Shown: positions 8,233-18,500 of the stretch, in pieces
Position numbering within the stretch: position 1 is the stretch's first letter
Layout: each line of letters opens with the position of its first letter
Origin: a virus
IMG/VR virus record: IMGVR_UViG_3300014834_000354
Location: 1 to 64,000 of that record
Length of the DNA: 64,000 nt
Strand: one strand, 5' to 3'
Program-made: the position numbers and the translations under genes
Notes under the pieces: model-generated
Database searches by the model: none
What the model saw: only the letters and a program-made list of their open reading frames with translations
Told to the model about the DNA's origin: nothing

Positions 8233-10380
8233 TTATTCAGGCGTGAAGCTATCAGTGTACTTTGCGTAGCCTTTATAAATTCTAAAATCATCAATATAAC
8301 ATTCTGCAGAACCAAATGTTAACACCGGAGTTGTTACTCTCACCAGTGCCAATGATGTAGACGTGCTGCTCACCAGCGTTCCATTTGCAAAAGTTCTTAT
8401 TGTGTTGCCATTTCGTGTTACAGCTAAATGGTGCCACACACTAGTTGTTGGCGTACCAGAAAAAACAGTAAGATTGTTTGCGATATTCCATGATGAACCA
8501 TCGGAAGTTGCATATAATCCGATTTTATTTGTTTCCGTTTGAATCAAGAGTGGATTATTAGTTATTGTTGCGCCACCGTTCCTGTTATAACACACTAAGT
8601 ATTTCCTATTTGATGATGCTGAACCAGTTAGATACGTCACAAAGTTGATCCAAAATTCTATAGTAAAATCTGATTTTTTGAGGTCTATAGTAGTTAATCC
8701 TTGTCTAATGAACGCGAAGTTGCCGTTTGCAAATCTTAAACTAGCATTTCCATTTTTATAAACCGAAGAATTAATCCCTGTCACCGCGCCAGCAGCAGCA
8801 TAAACAGACAGCGTACTTTTACCCGTCTTGTCAATCCACGCGCCATTAGTAAAATTCAATAATAGACTTGTTCCTGAAGTGGCGGTAGACATGCTTGTTG
8901 GTGGCGTAAAGTCGCCATTAAATAATGCTTGCCCATTAATAATTCGCAAATCACTAATATGGGCACGCAGATTTCCCGTAGATAAATCTCTACCTACACC
9001 AATTACTAAATTATTCTGTTGCGTTAAATTAGGCAGATTTGTTGAAGTTGTAGCTTCGGTTTTCCCATTAACATAAAGCCTCATTGTGCCGCCACTTCTT
9101 TCTACAGCAACATGCGTCCATTGATAAATTGGAATCTGATTTGGTGTTTCGAACGTTCGTGTTGTAGAAGTGCCAAACCCTAAACTGCCAGAAACACCAG
9201 AAATATAAAAATTGCGATTAACTCCAGAATGTAAACCTGATACTATTGCCGGATCAAAAGATACACCAGAACCGGTTCTCGTCAATCGCATATATACCCA
9301 ACAATCGATCGTAAAATCGGATTCGCCTATAACTAATGACGTTGATGATGAAACTATTAAAGCTTGGCCGTCAATGTAAGCAGACCCTCCAGTTGAAGAT
9401 GAGTACATTGTAAATTTGTATGGGCTACCAGGCACAATAGCACCCGCGAACGAGGCAGCGACTTGCGTGCATGTAAAATTGTTTATACTGTTGTCCATGA
9501 TTCTACTATTCTGATGCTGTAGAATTAAAAGTTTTGTAGTTGCTGATGACGCAGTTACTGGTGAAGTTGGCAAAGTAAAATTGGAATTATATAAAACGGC
9601 ATTTGAGATTCTCAAATCTGCGATCGTGCCTGTGTAGCCATTTGAACTTATATTGCCAGAACCACCAACAGCCAATGGATATCGCGCGCTCACGTTATTT
9701 GCATTACCGGCTCCTCTGTCTGCTACTCCATCTAAAATTCCGTTGATATAAATTTTTGCAGTGCCTGTTATAATTGAGCGGTCATATGTGACAGCAACAT
9801 GTGTCCATGTATTTAGTGCAATTTCTGACGAAGAACGAACATCGACAGCAAGAGTGCTTGTAGTACCAACTACTTGCATGAATAGTTTGTTGCTTGTTGT
9901 ATTCGCGCTGGTTGCGTATATGCCAATACGAGTTCCAGTATTAGTATTCAGATTCATAGTATTTTCTATTAATCTAGACTCAGTGTCTGTTTCCCGATAA
10001 AACCAACACTCAAATGTGAATGTTGCAGTAGAATTATGCATAAAATCGAAGTGCGGATATCTAGAACTCACGGCGTGACCAAATTCTAAATAACTAGCGC
10101 CGGAAGCAAAACGTCCACACCAACCATGAGTGCCAAATGGACTAAAGGCGCTCTGCGATATCTGTTCAGTAGCAAAAGTTGCCGTCACTGTTAAATTATT
10201 TGGTGAAGAATCGATAAATCTGTTATTTAGCGTAGCCGTGGTGCCAACTTCACCGTCGATGAATAATGAAAAAGACGTTAGTTCATCGCCAGTTGGAACT
10301 TGTATTGGGCCGGGCGGGGCATAAGCGCTCAACAGCAGTATTCTTCCGGCAGAAGCGACAGTTAATTTTAGTGCTAACAT
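8233..10380 (-). CDS. Tail fibre/appendage protein with three LamG (ConA-like) domains, paralogue A
   Basis: Repeated FTxExW...WTHVAV...IYING...I(S/D)DLRI motifs; Ser/Thr/Gly-rich; N-terminal MLALKLT. Confidence 0.8.
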   Translation of the reverse strand: MLALKLTVASAGRILLLSAYAPPGPIQVPTGDELTSFSLFIDGEVGTTATLNNRFIDSSPNNLTVTATFATEQISQSAFSPFGTHGWCGRFASGASYLEFGHAVSSRYPHFDFMHNSTATFTFECWFYRETDTESRLIENTMNLNTNTGTRIGIYATSANTTSNKLFMQVVGTTSTLAVDVRSSSEIALNTWTHVAVTYDRSIITGTAKIYINGILDGVADRGAGNANNVSARYPLAVGGSGNISSNGYTGTIADLRISNAVLYNSNFTLPTSPVTASSATTKLLILQHQNSRIMDNSINNFTCTQVAASFAGAIVPGSPYKFTMYSSSTGGSAYIDGQALIVSSSTSLVIGESDFTIDCWVYMRLTRTGSGVSFDPAIVSGLHSGVNRNFYISGVSGSLGFGTSTTRTFETPNQIPIYQWTHVAVERSGGTMRLYVNGKTEATTSTNLPNLTQQNNLVIGVGRDLSTGNLRAHISDLRIINGQALFNGDFTPPTSMSTATSGTSLLLNFTNGAWIDKTGKSTLSVYAAAGAVTGINSSVYKNGNASLRFANGNFAFIRQGLTTIDLKKSDFTIEFWINFVTYLTGSASSNRKYLVCYNRNGGATITNNPLLIQTETNKIGLYATSDGSSWNIANNLTVFSGTPTTSVWHHLAVTRNGNTIRTFANGTLVSSTSTSLALVRVTTPVLTFGSAECYIDDFRIYKGYAKYTDSFTPE
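8256..8563. repeat. 308-bp perfect direct repeat, copy 1
   Basis: Identical base for base, by manual comparison, to 10547-10854 (offset 2291). Confidence 0.9.
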
Positions 10381-10425
10381 TATAGTCCCTTATTAAAAGG
10401 CGGGTTAATTATTAATTGACACTTT

Positions 10426-10433
10426 TATTTATA
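10426..10433 (-). promoter_or_regulatory. T4-type late promoter TATAAATA
   Basis: Exact match 46 nt upstream of the 10380 start. Confidence 0.65.
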
Positions 10434-10459
10434 TTAAAAAGAGAAGCTTTAATATAAAT

Positions 10460-10493
10460 ATAAACGCTTCATGAATATTCATGAAGCGTTTAT
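10460..10493. terminator. 34-bp perfect palindrome, probable terminator
   Basis: ATAAACGCTTCATGAATATTCATGAAGCGTTTAT, downstream of the 10524 stop. Confidence 0.55.
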
Positions 10494-10523
10494 TGAGTTA
10501 TGAAACGTAAATGATTTTATGAA

Positions 10524-12680
10524 TTATTCTGGCGTGAAACTGTCAATGTACTTTGCGTAGCCTTTATAAATTCTAAAATCATCAATATAACATTCTGCAG
10601 AACCAAATGTTAACACCGGAGTTGTTACTCTCACCAGTGCCAATGATGTAGACGTGCTGCTCACCAGCGTTCCATTTGCAAAAGTTCTTATTGTGTTGCC
10701 ATTTCGTGTTACAGCTAAATGGTGCCACACACTAGTTGTTGGCGTACCAGAAAAAACAGTAAGATTGTTTGCGATATTCCATGATGAACCATCGGAAGTT
10801 GCATATAATCCGATTTTATTTGTTTCCGTTTGAATCAAGAGTGGATTATTAGTTCTTGTTGCGCTGCCGGCATGGTTATATGATACTAGGCGTTTGCCTG
10901 CTGCCCACGGCGCCCTGAAGTTGACCCAAAATTCTATAGTAAAATTTGCTGTTCCAAAGTTTATAGTACTCCTTCCCGGCTTGACTTGTGCATAGCCTCC
11001 GTCGCCAAATCTCAAACTCGCGTTTCCATTTTTCTTAACTGAAGAATCAATTAATGTTTGATTTGAGCCTAATGGAGTAGCAGGGAAACTAAACACATTT
11101 TTACCTGTCACATCAATCGCGGCGCCATTTGTAAAATTCAATAATAAGCTTGTCTGTGCAGTTGCTGTAGCCATGCTCGTCGGAGGCGTAAATGCTCCAT
11201 TAAACATCGCAACACCTTTGGTTATTCTAAAATCGCTAATATATCCATCAATCGCTCCACGAGATAGATCCGCACCACGACCGATTATCAAATTATTTTG
11301 CTGTGTTAAAACCGGAAGATTTGTTGTTGTTGTGCCGGCGATCACGCCGTTAATATAAAGTCTCATGGTGTTGCTACTTCTTTCAACAGCGACATGCGTC
11401 CATTGATCACCCGGAACTTCTATCGATGATTCAAACGTACGCGCTGTAGAAGTTCCAAAACCTAAACGCCTATTATAAGATATATAAAAATTACGATTTG
11501 CTCTAGTGTCTAATCTAGATAATAATGGTGGATCATACTCTGGCAAATCTGCGCCGGCCGTGTATGTATAGACCCAACAGTCAATAGTGAAATCATCTGA
11601 ACCTAAAACTAACGCCGTTGAAGACGAAACTGTTAGATAAGTTGCATTTGCTAAACACATAGAACCGCCTGTGGAAGACGTGTATAATGAAAATTTATAT
11701 GGACTCCCAGGAGAAATAGAAAACTTAGAACCAGTGCCTTGGTCTGCTCTATTACCAACCATGTTGTCAGGAGTGTAATTATTCACACTATTATCTACAA
11801 CTCTACTATTTTGATGCTGGAAAGTTAAAAGTGCAGTAGTTGCTGACGACGCAGTTACTGGTGCAGTCGGAGGCGTGAAATTTGAGTTATATAAAACAGT
11901 ATTTGAAATTCTCAAATCAGACATTGCGCCCTGAAACTGCCCAGAGCCGTTAACTTTGCTTAGACCTATGTATAATGGAGACCTGGAACCTAAATCATTA
12001 GGATTACCCGGTCCTCTGTCTGCTACTCCATCTAAAATTCCGTTGATATAAATTTTTGCAGTACCGGTTATAATTGAGCGATCATATGTGACTGCAATAT
12101 GTGTCCAGGTGTTTAGTGCAATTTCTGATGAAGAACGTGCATCAACCGCGAGAGTGTTTGTAGTACCAACTACTTGCATGTATAATTTATTACTTGTCGT
12201 GTTTACGCTAGCTGCATATATACCAATTCGAGTTCCTGTATTCGTGTTTATAGTATTATCAGTATTATCTATTAATGTATTAGCAACGCTAGTTTCTCTG
12301 AAAATCCAACACTCATAAGTGAATGTTGCGGTTGAATTATGCATGAAACTGAATTGCGGATACCTAACGCCGACGGGTGTGTTGCCAAAAGAAACTAAAG
12401 AATTGGACCCATCAAAAGAGGCACACCACCCTTGTTTGCCAAATGGACTAAAAGAACTTTGACCCCACAAATTACTAGAAGCAGTTACTGTTAAATTATT
12501 TGGTGAAGAATCAATATACGTGTTATTTAGCGTAGCAGTAGTACCAACTTCCCCATCAAAGAATACTGAAAAAGATGTTAATTCATTGCCGGTTGATACC
12601 TCTATTGGTCCTGGAGGCGTGTAAGAACTTAGTAGTAATATTCTACCAGAAGAAGCAGTAGTCAATTTTAACGCGAGCAT
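10524..12680 (-). CDS. Tail fibre/appendage protein with three LamG domains, paralogue B (start corrected to MLALKLT)
   Basis: Colinear paralogue of 8233..10380; AAGGA Shine-Dalgarno precedes the ATG at 12680. Confidence 0.8.
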   Translation of the reverse strand: MLALKLTTASSGRILLLSSYTPPGPIEVSTGNELTSFSVFFDGEVGTTATLNNTYIDSSPNNLTVTASSNLWGQSSFSPFGKQGWCASFDGSNSLVSFGNTPVGVRYPQFSFMHNSTATFTYECWIFRETSVANTLIDNTDNTINTNTGTRIGIYAASVNTTSNKLYMQVVGTTNTLAVDARSSSEIALNTWTHIAVTYDRSIITGTAKIYINGILDGVADRGPGNPNDLGSRSPLYIGLSKVNGSGQFQGAMSDLRISNTVLYNSNFTPPTAPVTASSATTALLTFQHQNSRVVDNSVNNYTPDNMVGNRADQGTGSKFSISPGSPYKFSLYTSSTGGSMCLANATYLTVSSSTALVLGSDDFTIDCWVYTYTAGADLPEYDPPLLSRLDTRANRNFYISYNRRLGFGTSTARTFESSIEVPGDQWTHVAVERSSNTMRLYINGVIAGTTTTNLPVLTQQNNLIIGRGADLSRGAIDGYISDFRITKGVAMFNGAFTPPTSMATATAQTSLLLNFTNGAAIDVTGKNVFSFPATPLGSNQTLIDSSVKKNGNASLRFGDGGYAQVKPGRSTINFGTANFTIEFWVNFRAPWAAGKRLVSYNHAGSATRTNNPLLIQTETNKIGLYATSDGSSWNIANNLTVFSGTPTTSVWHHLAVTRNGNTIRTFANGTLVSSTSTSLALVRVTTPVLTFGSAECYIDDFRIYKGYAKYIDSFTPE
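10547..10854. repeat. 308-bp perfect direct repeat, copy 2
   Basis: Identical to 8256-8563. Confidence 0.9.
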
Positions 12681-12726
12681 TTTATAGATCCTTTGGGCAT
12701 AATAGGTATATGTTGTAATATTTATC

Positions 12727-12754
12727 AAATCGGGGGCGTTTAATGCCCCGATTT
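12727..12754 (-). terminator. Intrinsic terminator hairpin
   Basis: AAATCGGGG...CCCCGATTT downstream of the 12778 stop. Confidence 0.6.
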
Positions 12755-12777
12755 ATTTCGCGTTTTTATTAAAAAAC

Positions 12778-13335
12778 TTAGAACGTATATGTCGCTGGAA
12801 TTGAGAATCTCAAGTTAAAGATTCTTACTAATTGGCCCGCTGTTATATTCACGTTTGAAATGACGAGGTCATCACTGCCGCCGATTGGACCTACAGAACC
12901 TACTATTTGATGCCATAATAATCCATTGTCAAAGGTATTTGAACTTGCTGCAGCTGATGATAATAAAAACCAGGTGGCAGTGCCGCTCATGGTTGCTGTG
13001 ACATACGCGGACGTTATTACTGATGGCGTGCCATAAAATGATATGTCTGAAGGAGCAAAGGTTACACCACCGTTATCATTGCGGAAAGTGCATAAAACTG
13101 TAGAAGTGTATGATGCAAATGACGTAACGGTCGAAATAGAGGTTGGCATAACACCGCTATGGATAGTTATTCTGCCAATTGGATAGAGTGTTGAGCCGGA
13201 ACCTATCTGCCTCTGAAATATAGCCTGAGACGTGCCTGTGGTAATAGCTGCTGAAGTTGTTAATTCAAATATTCTTTTAGCACTTGAATATATGTCGCCG
13301 GCCGCAAATGCTGGACTTAAATATATTGTTCCCAT
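12778..13335 (-). CDS. Small virion structural protein, 'SGTATWF' paralogue 1
   Basis: HSGVMP...SGTATWF...GSVG...NITAGQ pattern shared with three neighbours. Confidence 0.6.
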   Translation of the reverse strand: MGTIYLSPAFAAGDIYSSAKRIFELTTSAAITTGTSQAIFQRQIGSGSTLYPIGRITIHSGVMPTSISTVTSFASYTSTVLCTFRNDNGGVTFAPSDISFYGTPSVITSAYVTATMSGTATWFLLSSAAASSNTFDNGLLWHQIVGSVGPIGGSDDLVISNVNITAGQLVRIFNLRFSIPATYTF

Positions 13336-13344
13336 TTATCCACC

Positions 13345-13854
13345 TCACGCTATAGTAATACCGATATCAACAGGCTGTATTGCTGATGCGGTAGTGAAAT
13401 TGACTGAAGAAAAACGAACTACGCCAGTTCCGGCGCTGCTTGACACGTCCGCTATTATGAATTTTGTGGTGGCTATAGTTGATGAACCTATTTGTGGCGT
13501 AACTGCCTGAAGCCCGCCATTATTATTTCCATAATATACATCAGAAATAGCTGTTCCAGCAACAGTACTAATACCCCATAAAATACACCATGTGGCAGTT
13601 CCTGCCCTGTAAGGAGTAAAAGCTTTTGGCAACGTAGATGCATATACCACTAAAGAGTTCTGAAGACTCCAGATTGTATTAGTTCCGTGCCACAAGCATG
13701 CTGATGAGTTCGCGTTATATTGTGTCCAATTGTTTATTACAGTCTGAGGAGTTGGTTGTGTTCCGGAATATACAGTAATAGATCCGCAAAGACCTAGTCT
13801 AATACCCCTTTCAGCAAAAACTCTTTTAATATTCGGATGATAAAGAAGAGACAT
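13345..13854 (-). CDS. Small virion structural protein, 'SGTATWF' paralogue 2
   Basis: ITVYSGTQP...AGTATWC pattern. Confidence 0.6.
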   Translation of the reverse strand: MSLLYHPNIKRVFAERGIRLGLCGSITVYSGTQPTPQTVINNWTQYNANSSACLWHGTNTIWSLQNSLVVYASTLPKAFTPYRAGTATWCILWGISTVAGTAISDVYYGNNNGGLQAVTPQIGSSTIATTKFIIADVSSSAGTGVVRFSSVNFTTASAIQPVDIGITIA

Positions 13855-13892
13855 TTTAAATATACTCCTATAACTTGTTAATTATCATGGTA

Positions 13893-14258
13893 TTACGCCG
13901 ATGATGATTTTAGAGAAATTTGTATTTCATTTGGTGTACTATCATAGGTTGCGAAGAATGACGCAACCACTGAGCTTCCTGACTCTACTATTGATGATAA
14001 TGACAGCGGTATAATATCAGCGACATTCTCAGATGGTGAAAATAACGTTTTAACTGAACTCACGCCAGTTGCTTGTAGAGAATCTGCGCTAACATCCAAT
14101 TGTGAAATTAGTCCAGATAAGAATGTATTCGTGTCAATCTGTCCAATCACAAATACTTCTAAATCAGATATAGCGCTTCCCTCTAGCGTCAAGTCAGGCA
14201 GTCCTGATTCCAACAGAATTTTCCCGGCAGCGGCAGTTGTTAATTTTAACGCTAACAT
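13893..14258 (-). CDS. Small tail-associated protein combining the MLALKLT N-terminus with the C-terminal module of the 1573-aa protein
   Basis: MLALKLTTAAAGKILL plus LTLEGSAISDLEVF...SQLDV. Confidence 0.65.
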   Translation of the reverse strand: MLALKLTTAAAGKILLESGLPDLTLEGSAISDLEVFVIGQIDTNTFLSGLISQLDVSADSLQATGVSSVKTLFSPSENVADIIPLSLSSIVESGSSVVASFFATYDSTPNEIQISLKSSSA

Positions 14259-14278
14259 ATTTTTATCTCTGAATTAGA

Positions 14279-15376
14279 TTATGAAAAATTCAATCCAGAA
14301 ATAAACCCAAACCAAGATGTTCCACTATTATAAGTAATTAGCGTAATAATATCAACACGTGTCGCAGTCGTTGATAGCGTTGGTGCAGTGCCATTTCCCC
14401 ATTTAACAGTATTTGGCCAAGTTATTGTCTTACTTCCGCCACCAGCTTGTTCAATGAACATATTTAAGGCTGACACTTTTGGTGCAGGCGGAACATTAAT
14501 AAAACTTAAGTTGGTAATACTTGTGCCCAATGATAATAAAACAGTAGTACCTGAAGAAAGATCTAATGTAGTTGATGCTGAACTGCCTACAGAAAAATAT
14601 GTCTCCGTATAAGTTTTAATTTCTGCTGAGCCGCCTAGCACGAGATTTGTGACTGTCATAGTGCCAGTAGCTACATCTCCTTCTTTTAACATATATTGAG
14701 ATAATGTAGGAATATCTCCGGCTGTTAATGTGGTTCCAGCTGTCACTCGGCCTTTTGCGTCCACTGTAACTTTAGTGTATGTGCCTGTGTTTACACCAGA
14801 ATTGGCCAATGTCAATGAAATTGCTGTAGCACCAGAACCAGTGGCATCACCAGACACAGTAATTGATTGGTTGCCAGTCAGATATGTGTTAGTATCAAGA
14901 GACCAAGTATTGGCTGCTGTTTTCTTTAAAATACCTGATGAGCCAGATAATCCACCAATTGCAGTAAGATCGGCATCAAGAGGTTGATAAGTATCAGACA
15001 GGGATGGAATATCGCTTGCGGATAATGTTGTTGCTGAAGTTACTCGGCCTTTTGCGTCTACAGTGACTTTAGTATATGTTCCAGCAGACACGCCAGAATT
15101 GTTAAGAGATAATGTTAAGGTGCCTGATGAAGTAATTGGGCCGCCAGTAACTGTGATATCTGATGAGGTAGCATTAATGGAAGTTACTGAGCCTGATCCA
15201 CCTCCTCCACCAGCAACTTCAACCCATGCTGAACCATTATAAACTACGATTGCTTGATTGTCCGTCCTGTAAAACAATTCGCCAACATTAGGATTTGAAG
15301 GATTTACAGTTCCTGAGGCCAGGACTAAATTTGTTGCGGTGGAACCTTCCACCAGATTAAGGCCGTCGACTAACAT
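14279..15376 (-). CDS. Tail fibre protein
   Basis: PSNPNVGELFYRTD head; two GTYTKVTVDAKGRVT fibre repeats; C-terminal TITWP..VKW..GTAPTLST..DII tip domain. Confidence 0.75.
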   Translation of the reverse strand: MLVDGLNLVEGSTATNLVLASGTVNPSNPNVGELFYRTDNQAIVVYNGSAWVEVAGGGGGSGSVTSINATSSDITVTGGPITSSGTLTLSLNNSGVSAGTYTKVTVDAKGRVTSATTLSASDIPSLSDTYQPLDADLTAIGGLSGSSGILKKTAANTWSLDTNTYLTGNQSITVSGDATGSGATAISLTLANSGVNTGTYTKVTVDAKGRVTAGTTLTAGDIPTLSQYMLKEGDVATGTMTVTNLVLGGSAEIKTYTETYFSVGSSASTTLDLSSGTTVLLSLGTSITNLSFINVPPAPKVSALNMFIEQAGGGSKTITWPNTVKWGNGTAPTLSTTATRVDIITLITYNSGTSWFGFISGLNFS

Positions 15377-15446
15377 AATTGAATTCCCCTAAGGTTAAAT
15401 TAGGTAAAAGGTACCTGTTATTTATTAGAACAACAAAATAATACAA

Positions 15447-15478
15447 ATTAAATGCCATTTTCGAAAATGGCATTTAAT
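15447..15478. terminator. 32-bp perfect palindrome, probable terminator
   Basis: ATTAAATGCCATTTTCGAAAATGGCATTTAAT downstream of the 15514 stop. Confidence 0.55.
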
Positions 15479-15513
15479 GTCAAGTTTTATCTTAAATGCA
15501 ATATTATTTAAAA

Positions 15514-18500
15514 TTATCTTGTTAAGAAAACTGGCAATTCACTTGGCGACGATGATTCTGGTGAAAATAGTGTCAGTACTGCTGATTGGCCATCAGCAGG
15601 AAGAGATGACGCCATAACATCTATTGAGCTTGTTATAACACTATCTGGAGAAAATAAAGTCAATACTGCATTTTCACCACTAGCTGGGATAGACGTCATA
15701 GTGATGTCTAAATTATTCACTATTTCGTCTGGCATAATTAATGTTAATGGTGTATTTGAGCTCGTTGTATCTGACCATGAAGCTATCATCTTAACATCTA
15801 AAGGTGAAGTAAATTTCGCGAAAAATGAATTTTCGCCAACTTGGTCAAACATAAATATATCTAGATCATTTATGGAGTTTCCTTCTAAAGTTAAAGGCTC
15901 CAAAGGCTCAACTTCGGAATCAGGAACATTATAATCACCTGTATATAAACAAGAATTTTTTAGCAATTTTGTAGAATCTAGTCTACCGTTTAATCCCAAT
16001 CTATTACCACCAACCTGCTTATAAAAATTTCCAAAGTGCCATGACGAATTTAAAAAATTCGTAGTAACATCTAAAATTGTTGCAAAAACAGTTCCATTTA
16101 GGAATGCCCTAAAAATATTTCCGCTTCGTGTAACAGCAAGATTATTCCAAATGTTCGGTGGAGCTGAGTTACTGCTTAATACTGACGTTAACGCGCCATT
16201 ATTTCTAACTGAAAATTTTGGCCTAAGACTTCCACTAACAGTTTCTAAGCTCACTGACATGTCACTAGCATCAGCTAAAGCGCTGGTTGGATCTGAAGTC
16301 ATGCAAAAAATATACTGTGTCTGTGTGCCAACGGAACCAGCATGTTTAAACCAAGTTTCAAATGTGAAATCTGCGATTTCTAATGGTTTAACTATTCCTT
16401 TTTCAAAATAAATTCCAGATGATGAATCTGGATTATAAAAAGATGATAAACCCTTTTTATAATCGGTTGTTGTTATGGTCGCTGAGCCAATTAAATTAAC
16501 AGGATAATTATAAGCAGAAGTGTCAAAAATATTAGGAAATTCTTCGTACTCTAATCTAATTATCAGCTCTGGTTTATAAAATCTATCTTTTTGTGCATTA
16601 TAATTTTGTGTGATTTCAGCTAGCGCAAGTGATCTGTTATACACGCGCATTAGGCCAACATCTAAAATAGAATTAATAGTTCTTGAGCCAAATTGAATAT
16701 TTGAAATATCGGAGAAATCATTTCCAGTACCCCACAACGTCGCATTTTTATATCCTGAAACGACGCCGCTATTTCTTGAAAGAACAATATGATCCCAAAC
16801 ATTTGGTAGACCAGTTGGTGCATTTGAAGAAATCGTAGCAGGTAGCATCAGATTAGTTGAAGAATATGAATATATACAATTTGAGTTTTCATCAGATTTT
16901 AACCACATTTCTATAGTAAAATCGCCAGTTGTCTCGATATCAATATTTTCAGCAATTACGTATGTTGATGTGCCATCTGATTCAGAACATGAAAATGAAA
17001 ATGCATTTGAAGTGGCGTGAACAAAATTATGACCGCCGCCGATGGACATTTCTGTCTGGTCATTAACAATATTTAATGCTACGCCTGGCTCATTTCTATC
17101 GTATGAGAATGAATTTGACGGGTCATAATACAGAAGTAAATTTCTAGGAATAATATCTTCCTGATTAATATTTTCTGAAAATGCTAGTGCCGGCAAATTA
17201 AAATCTTCAGTGTATTTTGCAAAATTTGAAATTCTCAATTCATCGATATAACCATTGAATGAAACATTACTCGCAGTATATGCCCCAACATACAGAGTAG
17301 ATGTCGCACTTGAAAATCTATTACCAGACCCTGTTGGGATATATTTTTTACCATTGATAAAAAATGAATGAGAAGAGTTTTTCCTCTGAATTGCAAGATG
17401 GTACCATGAATTAGCTGAAAAGTTTGTAGCAGTTGTATAATTTCCATCAGAATGATAAGAAAGCGTAGCTGAACTTGATGTTATTGATATTGTGAATCCC
17501 GTGACAGACGTCAAATCTTGGGAAATTATCGTGTTAACAGAGCCAGTATTAAATGATCTTGGATATATCCATGCTTCAATGGTGAAATCTGAATTTAAGA
17601 CATTTTGATTAGGCGTGGTTTTAATTCCGGAGCCACCTGCTACAGATAGACCTCCGGAACCAAATGCCGCGGCATTTGACACTATAGTAGCAGAACTCGC
17701 CGGAGAACCTACACTATGATATGTCCAATTTGATTGCATTTCATCAATGAATTGCATTGATGATGTATCATCAAAATGCAATAAATGCAGAGGCAATATT
17801 GGCGGTTCAACTGATGTTTGCCGAAATGGAGTAAAATCATCATAATATCTGGCTATTCCACGTGTTATTCTAATATCGTCAAAGACTCCAAGGCTTGGCT
17901 TATTATTATTAGAAATTGTTGCAACTCGCAAAGAAGTTGACGGAGGATTAATTAGGCCATCAAAAAACCCGGTAAATGAGCTAATTTTTTTACCATTCAC
18001 GAATCCCTGAATCATGTCATTACGCCTGACGATTGCCCAGTGATACCAACCTAATGCTGAAAATGATGAATGTTCAGCATTATCTTTTTTTGCTTCAAAT
18101 GACGTGACGTTAGAACCATCAGAAATTGAAAATGCTAACTGAGACGGGTCAGAGCCTTGAGAAACTAACCAGCTCGATGTTGCTGTGGTGTCTGTCCATA
18201 TTCCAACTAAAGCACCACCACTTGACAATCTAAATGGACTCCACCAGCCCTCTATAGTAAAATTTTTATCAGCTAAATCTAATACTTTACTTTCATCTTG
18301 TAGAGCTAATAGTTGTGTGCCAGCTATAACAGGCAATTTTCTTTTAGGAACAACGAAATTTGATGTATAAACTTCTACGCCATTTACTACTCTAAAATTA
18401 GAAAGATAGCCACGCAAAGATAATGTTGGTGAATTGCCACCAATTATGAAATAATGATTATTTGCTGATAAGAGTGTGCCAGTTGAAGTTTGTGCTGAAA

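Noticed and set aside
8256-10854. Diversity-generating retroelement TR/VR pair
   Set aside because: The copies are identical with no adenine-specific mismatches, both are coding, and there is no reverse transcriptase in the window.
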